From Acidimicrobiia bacterium (GTDB lineage Bacteria > Acidobacteriota > Vicinamibacteria > Vicinamibacterales > SCN-69-37), in contig BTVE01000004.1 of assembly GCA_045862915.1 (NCBI GenBank), positions 38,055-102,054 on the forward strand: DNA of 64,000 nt, given 5' to 3'. Made by a program: the position numbers and the translations under genes. Shown piece by piece: positions 57,953 to 64,000 of this stretch. Numbering within the stretch: position 1 is the stretch's first letter; the number at the start of each line of letters is the position of its first letter. The notes beneath the pieces are model-generated. The model made no database searches. It was not told where the DNA came from and saw nothing but the letters and a program-made list of their open reading frames with translations.

Positions 57953-57981
57953 ACTCTATTGACGAGCTAACTCATTGTCAA
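57953..57981 (-). promoter_or_regulatory. Sigma-70-type promoter candidate: TTGACA-N17-TAGAGT
   Basis: The minus strand reads TTGACAatgagttagctcgtcaaTAGAGT inside the only AT-rich stretch of the 145-nt intergenic region, about 50 nt upstream of the GTG at 57900. The -35/spacer also forms an imperfect palindrome ATTGAC...GTCAAT. Confidence 0.55.
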
Positions 57982-58045
57982 TGAAGTACTTACAAGATTT
58001 TGTTCCAAACGGCCTTTAGCGCATTGTGACCGACACGAACGCGCT

Positions 58046-60307
58046 TTATTGCGAACTGAGGTCACCATAAAACTTCCAGTCCACATTCATGTCACGGCTG
58101 AGTGGCATTTTTGAAACCGCGAGGCGAAGGAAGGCCACGGGCATCGAGCCCTGCCGCATGATTTCGTCGTGGAATTCCTTCTCGGTGCGCATCCCTGAGT
58201 CGACCACTTCGCGTTTCATGCCGCGAATTTGCAGGCCGCCAACCAGGTAGGCCATCTGATAGAGCGGGCCATATTGGCCGCCAAAGGACCGGCGCACTTC
58301 GGCGGTGGCGTTGTCGCGTTCGTGTCCGACTTCGTTGACCAGGAACTCGATGCACTCCTGCGGCGACCATTGGCCCATGTGGAACTTCAGTGAGAACACG
58401 ATGCGCGCCGCGCGGTGCATGCGCCAGAACAACGCGCCGACCTTCTTCTCCGGCGTGTCGTGGAAACCCTTGTCGTAGAGGATGGTCTCCCAATACAGCG
58501 GCCAACCTTCGCCCAGGAATGGCGTGCTGCCCAGCCCGGCTCGGTAGCCGTTGAAGCGCTGGCCCATGAACCCGACGAGGTTGTGGCCCGGGATCATCTC
58601 GTGGTGGGCGACGGCATTCGAGAAGTACTTGTTGTTGCCGCGCAGCACCTGCATGCGTGTGTCGTACTCCTGCGTGTTGGTCGGGAACGCGACGAGAATC
58701 TGGGAGCCGCCGAGGAAAAACGGCGCCGTGAGCTGCCGCTCGGGTGACAACATCACCATGCGGAACGATTCGCTCGCCACTGCCGGCACCGTGATGAGGG
58801 CGTTGTTGCGCAGGTAGGTAACGGCCTCGAACAGCAGGTCGCGCACGTACTCAGGCTGGCGGCCCGGCGCGACGTACATGTTCTTGACGCGTTCGACGGC
58901 GGCGTTCCAGTCGTTGCCGAGGCCCATCTCCTGCGCGGCTTTTTCCATCTCACGCACGGTCCAGGCAAACTCGCGTTCGCCAAGGCGGATGAGTTCCTCT
59001 GGCGTGTACGGAATCATTTCGTTGGCGAGATCGAAGATCAGCCCATCCCTGCCTCGCGCGGCGCCGGGAATGCCGCTGTCGTCCTGCTTGCGCGGCGGAT
59101 TGGGATCCGGGCGGAAGGCCGCGCGCGCAATCTCGAGTTCCGACTGTTTCTTGATGAAGAGGTAGTCCACCTGGGCGTTGCGGCTCAGACGATCGAAGTC
59201 CAGTGTCTGCAGCGCCGTGAGCCACCGCTTGTAATAGTCGGGCGACCGCTGGACACCTGCGCCTCGCCCACGACCGCCGCTTCCGAGGAAGCGCTGCACC
59301 ACCGGCAGCATCTCGTCGGCCGGCAGCGCGATGATCTCCTTCAGGTCGGGCACACTCGACATCGCTGGTGCAGTCGCCGCGGCAATGGGCGTCACGGGCG
59401 GGCGTGCCGGGGCCGTCTGGTTGGCGGGCGCGACGGCGGTGCGCAGATACGCCGAGTAGTCCGTCATGGCCTTCTCCAGGTGCGCCCACGGCATGGGCAC
59501 CCACCAGGTGAACAGCGGGTCGAACGTGTTGTAGTGGTTGAACCACTCGGTCAACGCCGCGCGCATCGCGTCGGTTGCATCCGCCGCGTTGCGGGCCTGT
59601 GTGGCTGATGCGAGGAGCGCGTTCGTGCCGGTTCCGCCTGTAGCCCCGGCCTCCAGGGCCGCTCGCGACGCGCGCAGCGTCTTGGTGATCCGATCGATCG
59701 CTCCGGCCGACGCCTGGGCGTCCATGTCCCCCATGCGCATCCGATGCTCCACGACGGAGATCACATCGGCGGCAAACGGGATCAGCGGAGCGATGTCGTG
59801 GATGGCGGCCGCATCCGTGTCCAATTGCGTGAGGTTGGCCGTGATCGTCGCTTTCAGATCGGACAACTCGGTTCGCGCCGCGGGACTCAGCGACGCCGGG
59901 TCCAGGCCCGCGAGGGCAGACTGCCAGTCGAGATCAAAGCGCTTGAGCCGGGCGATACGGTTGGGAGAGACCGACACCGTAAATCCCGGAGCCTGAGGCG
60001 CAGGCGCCGCCGCACCGGCATCGCCGCCACGGCCGCCTCGACCCCCACGACCCGCGCCGCCCTGCCGCCCGGCGCCGGGCAGGTAGTTGCCGTTCAGGGT
60101 GTTCCGGTCCATGTTGTACCGCTGCACCACCAGGCGCATCTCGCTCTGCTGCGGCGCGAGCAGCGGGCGAAGGTCGGACGGCACGTCTTCGGCCGGAGCC
60201 TGTTGTGGTGCCTGGAATCCCACGGCCGGGACGGCGAACATCGTCGCCGCAGCTGTTCCCACCAGCACCGCCCCCACACACACCTGTCGCCAGAACTTCA
60301 TCGCCAT
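58046..60307 (-). CDS. Secreted DUF885-family metalloprotein (paralog 1)
   Basis: Start at MAMKFWRQVCVGAVLVGTAAA (signal peptide). Gly/Arg-rich segment GRQGGAGRGGRGGRGG. HEMIPGHN and EGWPLYWE blocks typical of DUF885. Confidence 0.75.
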   Translation of the reverse strand: MAMKFWRQVCVGAVLVGTAAATMFAVPAVGFQAPQQAPAEDVPSDLRPLLAPQQSEMRLVVQRYNMDRNTLNGNYLPGAGRQGGAGRGGRGGRGGDAGAAAPAPQAPGFTVSVSPNRIARLKRFDLDWQSALAGLDPASLSPAARTELSDLKATITANLTQLDTDAAAIHDIAPLIPFAADVISVVEHRMRMGDMDAQASAGAIDRITKTLRASRAALEAGATGGTGTNALLASATQARNAADATDAMRAALTEWFNHYNTFDPLFTWWVPMPWAHLEKAMTDYSAYLRTAVAPANQTAPARPPVTPIAAATAPAMSSVPDLKEIIALPADEMLPVVQRFLGSGGRGRGAGVQRSPDYYKRWLTALQTLDFDRLSRNAQVDYLFIKKQSELEIARAAFRPDPNPPRKQDDSGIPGAARGRDGLIFDLANEMIPYTPEELIRLGEREFAWTVREMEKAAQEMGLGNDWNAAVERVKNMYVAPGRQPEYVRDLLFEAVTYLRNNALITVPAVASESFRMVMLSPERQLTAPFFLGGSQILVAFPTNTQEYDTRMQVLRGNNKYFSNAVAHHEMIPGHNLVGFMGQRFNGYRAGLGSTPFLGEGWPLYWETILYDKGFHDTPEKKVGALFWRMHRAARIVFSLKFHMGQWSPQECIEFLVNEVGHERDNATAEVRRSFGGQYGPLYQMAYLVGGLQIRGMKREVVDSGMRTEKEFHDEIMRQGSMPVAFLRLAVSKMPLSRDMNVDWKFYGDLSSQ

Positions 60308-60400
60308 TCGACCAGTCTCCTGTAGCTGGATTGCTGCCGTGTACTGTAACGGACACCCGCAATTACGACCACCGATGCAACTTTCTTTCGCCTGCCGTGT

Positions 60401-60967
60401 TTGTCCAGTGATGAGGCGCTCGTGAGCGACGCCGCGGCATTCGAGGCGTTTGTCCTGGAGTTCCAGGACCTCGTCTACGGGACGGCCCTGCGGCTGTTGT
60501 CCAATCCGGCGGAGGCAGAAGACGTGGCACAGACGGTGTTTATGAAGGCATTTGAGCGATTTGACGACGTGGTCGGGAACCCGTCTGCGCCCGGCTGGCT
60601 CAAGACGGTGACGACCAACCAGTGCCTCAACCACCTCAACCGCTATCGCAATCGCTGGCGCCTCTTCAGCGAAATGGAATCGGGTTCTTCGGGTCCAACG
60701 GGTCCGTCAGGTCCTTCAGGTCCGTCAGGTCCGTCAGGTCCGGAGGAGGTCGTCGAGGTCTTGGAGTCGACGCTCAGGACGCTGCCTGCGCATCAGCGAG
60801 TGCCGATCGTGCTGTTTTATTTCGACGAGCTGAGTTACCAGCAGATTGCCGATCGGCTGTCCGTGCCGCTCAGCAAAGTGAAGAGCGATATTCACCGGGG
60901 CCGGCAGGCCCTGCGCGAGGCGCTGACCGCGGCCGGCTTTGCAAGGAGCTCCCATGCAGGCGCATGA
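60401..60967 (+). CDS. ECF sigma factor with (G-P-S)n linker insertion
   Basis: Region 2 (DLVYGTALRLL..AEDVAQTVFMKAF, WLKTVTTNQCLNHLNRYR) and region 4 (LSYQQIADRLSVPLSKVKSDIHRGRQAL). TTG start per track (GTG at 60422 is an alternative). Confidence 0.85.
   Translation: MSSDEALVSDAAAFEAFVLEFQDLVYGTALRLLSNPAEAEDVAQTVFMKAFERFDDVVGNPSAPGWLKTVTTNQCLNHLNRYRNRWRLFSEMESGSSGPTGPSGPSGPSGPSGPEEVVEVLESTLRTLPAHQRVPIVLFYFDELSYQQIADRLSVPLSKVKSDIHRGRQALREALTAAGFARSSHAGA
60683..60745. repeat. 9-bp tandem repeat, 7 units (consensus GGTCCGTCA) inside the ECF sigma gene
   Basis: Read directly: GGTTCTTCG GGTCCAACG GGTCCGTCA GGTCCTTCA GGTCCGTCA GGTCCGTCA GGTCCGGAG. Encodes GSSGPTGPSGPSGPSGPSGPE. Confidence 0.9.
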
Positions 60968-61385
60968 CGATGAGCCGGTGGTGCGGCACGACGACCTCGG
61001 TCGTGCACTGCGCGCCCTGCCGTTGCCGCGGGCACCACGCACACTCGCACCGCGTGTGATGGCCGCCGTCGCCGCGCGGCTGCAGCGGCGGGACTACACC
61101 TGGTTCGACTGGCCACTCTGGGCGCAGGTCGGATCGGCACTGGGAATCGTGTTGTTGTGTGCGGTCGGTGCCCTGGGCTGGACGACCCTGTCGTCGTCCC
61201 CGGCATTTGAATCCGATGTGTCCCTCATACGCGCGGCAGTGGTGGTGGCGCGGGCCGTGTGGCAGCCCGTGATGGGCACGTTCCTGGTGACCGTGACGGC
61301 CTTGCTGCTGATGGCCGGCACGTGTGCCGCGCTGGTCAGTCGGGTGGTGTTTGGCACCGACGATGTGACGGAGATGGTCCGATGA
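60954..61385 (+). CDS. Membrane anti-sigma factor candidate
   Basis: Overlaps the sigma gene stop. Short cytoplasmic N-terminus followed by TM helices, the usual position for an ECF anti-sigma. No specific motif recognised. Confidence 0.5.
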   Translation: MQAHDDEPVVRHDDLGRALRALPLPRAPRTLAPRVMAAVAARLQRRDYTWFDWPLWAQVGSALGIVLLCAVGALGWTTLSSSPAFESDVSLIRAAVVVARAVWQPVMGTFLVTVTALLLMAGTCAALVSRVVFGTDDVTEMVR

Positions 61386-62944
61386 CTCGACGAATCGTGT
61401 GGCTGGCGTTGTGTGTGATGGGGTTGACGGCGGGTGCGTCAGCCATTCCCGCGGTGGTGATTCAAGCGCAGGGTGATGCTCGCGGCGTGTCAGCCGAACA
61501 ACCGCCCGTGACTGACCCGACGGCGCCGACGACGGCGACGCAGGATCGGGAAGCCTGGGAGCGCGAGTTCGGTCCCCTGCCGCCGTGGCGGTATCGGCAC
61601 AATGTGTTCCGTCTCGGGCAGGACTTCCAGTTGCGCGCGAATGATTCAGCGCGTGATGTGGCGGTGGTGTTTGGCACGGCGCGCATCGGTGGCCGGATCG
61701 ACGGCGATCTCGTCGTGGTGCTGGGTGACACGCGGCTGGAACCGACCGCGGTGATCGACGGGTCACTCATTCTGGTTGGCGGGGAAGCCTCGATTGCCCC
61801 TGGGGCGCTTGTGCGCGCGGATGTCGTGGTTGTCGGCACGACCGCACACCTGCCTCCGGGGTTTGTGTTCGGCGGCGAGCACGTCGTGATCGGGACGCCG
61901 CTGCTGGGCACGACGTTACAGAGATTCATGCCCTGGCTCACCTCCGGTCTGCTGTGGGGGCGACCGATTGTGCCGTCGGTCGGGTGGGTCTGGTTGATGG
62001 TCGGGTTCTTCCTGCTCGTTTACCTGCTGGTCAACCTCCTGATGCACGAGCCGGTGCGCGCCACGGCCGATGTCCTGGCGCGGCGGCCGTTCGGGGCATT
62101 CATCGTGGGACTGCTCACGCTGTTGCTCTGGGCGCCCATTGCCGGACTGCTTGGCGTCTCCATCATCGGCATCATCGTCATTCCCTTTTTCCTGTGCGCG
62201 CTGGTGGTGGCCGGCGTGGTGGGGCGCGTGAGCGTCTTCCGCTGGATTGGCAACAGCGTCATCGCGCCCGATGATGCGGAGTCGCGCCCGCAGGCGCTGC
62301 GTTCGTTTGCGATCGGATTTGCGCTGATCACGCTCGTCTACATGGTGCCGTTGCTGGGCCTGGTGACGTGGGGCCTCATTGGTGTCTTCGGCCTCGGCGC
62401 CGCCGTCATGGCGTTCCTGTCGGCGTGGCGCAAGGAATCGCCCAAAAAGCCCGGTGGTGTGGGGGCGTCGACGCCACCTCCAGCTCCTGCACCTCCGATG
62501 CCACCTGCGCCACCTGCGCCAACGGCGGCACCTGGACCATCCACGCCACCCGCATCTCATGCGCCATCCGGTGTGGCCTTCGCCTCTTTTCTTGAACGCG
62601 CGGCAGCCTTTGGCCTGGACGTCCTGATGATCGGCGTCCTGCATGAAGGGCTGGAAGGATGGCTGTTGCCTCGCTACGGTGAGTCGTACCTGCCGCTGTT
62701 GCTGATCTACTTCATTGCGTTCTGGACGTGGAAGGGCACGACGATCGGCGGCACGATCATGCGACTGAAGATCGTCAAGACGAATGGGCGTCCCTTCGAA
62801 GCCGCGGACGCCATCGTGCGCGGTCTGACAGGAGTCCTGTCATTTGCCGCACTCGGCATCGGCGTCTTGTGGATCCTGCGTGATCCCGAGCATCAGGGCT
62901 GGCACGACAAGGCCGTCGGGACGTGGGTCGTTAAGGATGAGTGA
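61382..62944 (+). CDS. Membrane protein with beta-helix (bactofilin-like) N-domain, multi-TM core, Pro-rich linker and C-terminal RDD domain
   Basis: ATGA overlap with the anti-sigma gene. Signal peptide, repeats RIGGRIDGDLVVVLGDTRL / IDGSLILVGGEASI / VRADVVVVG. RDD-type C-terminus (GGTIMRLKIV...GWHDKAVGTWVV). Confidence 0.65.
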   Translation: MTRRIVWLALCVMGLTAGASAIPAVVIQAQGDARGVSAEQPPVTDPTAPTTATQDREAWEREFGPLPPWRYRHNVFRLGQDFQLRANDSARDVAVVFGTARIGGRIDGDLVVVLGDTRLEPTAVIDGSLILVGGEASIAPGALVRADVVVVGTTAHLPPGFVFGGEHVVIGTPLLGTTLQRFMPWLTSGLLWGRPIVPSVGWVWLMVGFFLLVYLLVNLLMHEPVRATADVLARRPFGAFIVGLLTLLLWAPIAGLLGVSIIGIIVIPFFLCALVVAGVVGRVSVFRWIGNSVIAPDDAESRPQALRSFAIGFALITLVYMVPLLGLVTWGLIGVFGLGAAVMAFLSAWRKESPKKPGGVGASTPPPAPAPPMPPAPPAPTAAPGPSTPPASHAPSGVAFASFLERAAAFGLDVLMIGVLHEGLEGWLLPRYGESYLPLLLIYFIAFWTWKGTTIGGTIMRLKIVKTNGRPFEAADAIVRGLTGVLSFAALGIGVLWILRDPEHQGWHDKAVGTWVVKDE

Positions 62945-62952
62945 GTCATCGC

Positions 62953-62976
62953 TCATTTCCTCATTTCTTTCATTTC
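62953..62976. repeat. Triple TCATTTC heptamer in a 25-nt convergent intergenic spacer
   Basis: TCATTTC at 62953, 62961 and 62970. The third copy contains the stop codon (TCA = TGA on minus) of DUF885 paralog 2. Confidence 0.8.
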
Positions 62977-64000
62977 CCCACTTGAATGTCCCCGTAGAAC
63001 TTCCAGTCGAGGTTCGTGTCGCGGGACAGGGGCATCGTCGAGATCGCCATGCGCGTGAGCGGGAACGGCATTGAACCCTGGAGCACCACCGCGTCGTGGA
63101 ACTGCTTGAGGGTCATCTGGCCGGAGTCGACGAGCTCCTTCTTCAGACCGCGCAGCTGGAGTCCACCGAGCAGGTACGCTGCCTGGTAGAGCGGACCGTA
63201 GTTCCCCTGGAAGGAGCGGCGCACTTCAGCGATGGCGTTCTCGCGTTCATGGCCCACTTCGTTGACCAGGAAGTCCACGCACTCCTGCGGCGACCACTGA
63301 CCCATGTGGAACTTCAACGAGAACACGATGCGGGCAGCGCGGTGCATGCGCCAGAACAACGCGCCGATCTTCTTGTGCGGCGTGTCGTGGAAGCCGAGAT
63401 CCCAGAACATCGTCTCCCAGTAGAGCGCCCACCCTTCGCCGTAGAACGGCGTGGAGATGCCGAGGTTCGCGCGGTGCCCGTTGAGGCGCTGGCCCATGTA
63501 GGCCGTGTAGTTGTGGCCCGGGATCATCTCGTGGCCGGCCGTGGCGTTTGAGAAACCGGGGTTGTTGCCGCGCATGCTCTGGATGCGCTGGTCGTACTCC
63601 ATCGTGTCGGTGGGGTAGGAGACGCTGATGATTGCGCCGCCGGTGAAAAACGGATTCACGAGCTGGCGTTCCGGCGACATCATGCCCATGCGCAGCGCCT
63701 CACGGTTGACCGGGGTGATCGTGATGAGGTCGTTGTAGATCAGGAAGTCCGCCGCGTCGTGCACGAGGCCCTGAATCATCTGCGGCTGCTCGCCGGGCGG
63801 GACCGCGGTGTTCTTGGTGTGCTCCAGGGCCTGCATCCAGTTGGTGCCGAACCCGAGTTCGATGGACGCCTTCTCCATCTCGGCCACCGTCCAGGCGAAC
63901 TCGCGGTTGCCGAGTTCGATCAGTTCCTCCGGCGAGTACGGGATCATCTCGTCGGCCAGGTCGAGAATCAGGCCGTCGCGTCCTCGCGCGGCGCCTTCGA
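62970..64000 (-). CDS. DUF885-family metalloprotein (paralog 2; N-terminal part beyond window edge)
   Basis: The reading frame stays open to base 64000. Roughly two-thirds identical by eye to the C-terminal 330 aa of the 58046..60307 product (same HEMIPGHN, ALFWRMHRAARIVFSLKFHMGQWSPQEC blocks). Confidence 0.8.
   Translation of the reverse strand, partial: EGAARGRDGLILDLADEMIPYSPEELIELGNREFAWTVAEMEKASIELGFGTNWMQALEHTKNTAVPPGEQPQMIQGLVHDAADFLIYNDLITITPVNREALRMGMMSPERQLVNPFFTGGAIISVSYPTDTMEYDQRIQSMRGNNPGFSNATAGHEMIPGHNYTAYMGQRLNGHRANLGISTPFYGEGWALYWETMFWDLGFHDTPHKKIGALFWRMHRAARIVFSLKFHMGQWSPQECVDFLVNEVGHERENAIAEVRRSFQGNYGPLYQAAYLLGGLQLRGLKKELVDSGQMTLKQFHDAVVLQGSMPFPLTRMAISTMPLSRDTNLDWKFYGDIQVGK

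Noticed and set aside
60308-60400. ECF-type autoregulatory promoter (GGAAC-N16/17-CGT-like) upstream of the ECF sigma gene, candidate GTAACggacacccgcaattaCGA.
   Set aside because: The -35 is GTAAC rather than GGAAC, the spacing is about 15 nt, and the -10 is CGA. This is too weak to report without the group-specific consensus.
60683-60745. The short tandem repeats (9-bp at 60683 and 14634, 8-bp at 9894) considered as CRISPR arrays.
   Set aside because: The units are directly adjacent with no spacers, are only 8-9 bp long, and two arrays lie inside ORFs. No cas genes are present in the window.
1-64000. Search for tRNA, rRNA, tmRNA or riboswitch-sized non-coding gaps.
   Set aside because: Every intergenic gap is 145 nt or shorter, and most are under 60 nt. 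None contains cloverleaf-compatible or conserved riboswitch-like sequence that I could recognise by eye. A covariance-model scan (Infernal/tRNAscan) would be needed to be definitive.

Overview
This is a high-GC (about 65-70% by eye) chromosomal segment that is almost entirely coding. I call 53 protein-coding genes and found no rRNA, tRNA, CRISPR array, transposase or integrase. All calls rest on motifs read from the supplied translations and DNA; no searches were run. The gene content (many HlyD-type adaptors, an orphan FtsX/MacB-type permease, numerous secreted enzymes, ECF sigma factors) suggests a soil Acidobacteriota/Gemmatimonadota-like organism, but that is inference.

Gene content by region:
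- 1-19 kb is housekeeping: GT2 synthase, citrate synthase, lepA-lepB, an OmpR/HK pair, desaturase, GlpQ-like esterase, nitrilase-family hydrolase, GNAT, CPBP protease with a MutS-like ATPase, ctaA, RidA and cstA.
- 19-24 kb carries three tandem membrane-fusion adaptors plus an ATPase-less MacB-like permease.
- 24-32.6 kb carries a large secreted protein, an M24 peptidase, and an ara cluster with a xylose-isomerase-like gene where araA would normally sit.
- 34.4-41 kb is a copper island: multicopper oxidase, BNR protein, a CorE-like Cys-rich ECF sigma and a Cu P-type ATPase.
- 41-44 kb encodes a three-subunit Moco/2Fe-2S/cytochrome c dehydrogenase.
- 47-51 kb holds regulators.
- 58-64 kb has two DUF885 paralogs flanking an ECF sigma / anti-sigma / RDD operon.

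Most interesting observations:
1. At 32642-34422, a lower-GC two-gene islet encodes an ABC-type ATPase translationally coupled to a small Toprim-like protein. This is the architecture of PARIS/AbiL/OLD-class anti-phage systems.
2. At 51417-57981, a tightly packed minus-strand cluster sits behind a near-consensus promoter. It encodes a fulvocin-C-like 8-Cys bacteriocin-type precursor, a membrane-anchored TlpA-like thioredoxin, a polytopic hybrid histidine kinase, and an unusual in-frame fusion of a Na+/solute symporter to a complete HlyD-type adaptor.
3. A 9-bp GGTCCGTCA-type tandem repeat is inserted in two unrelated genes and is read in different frames.
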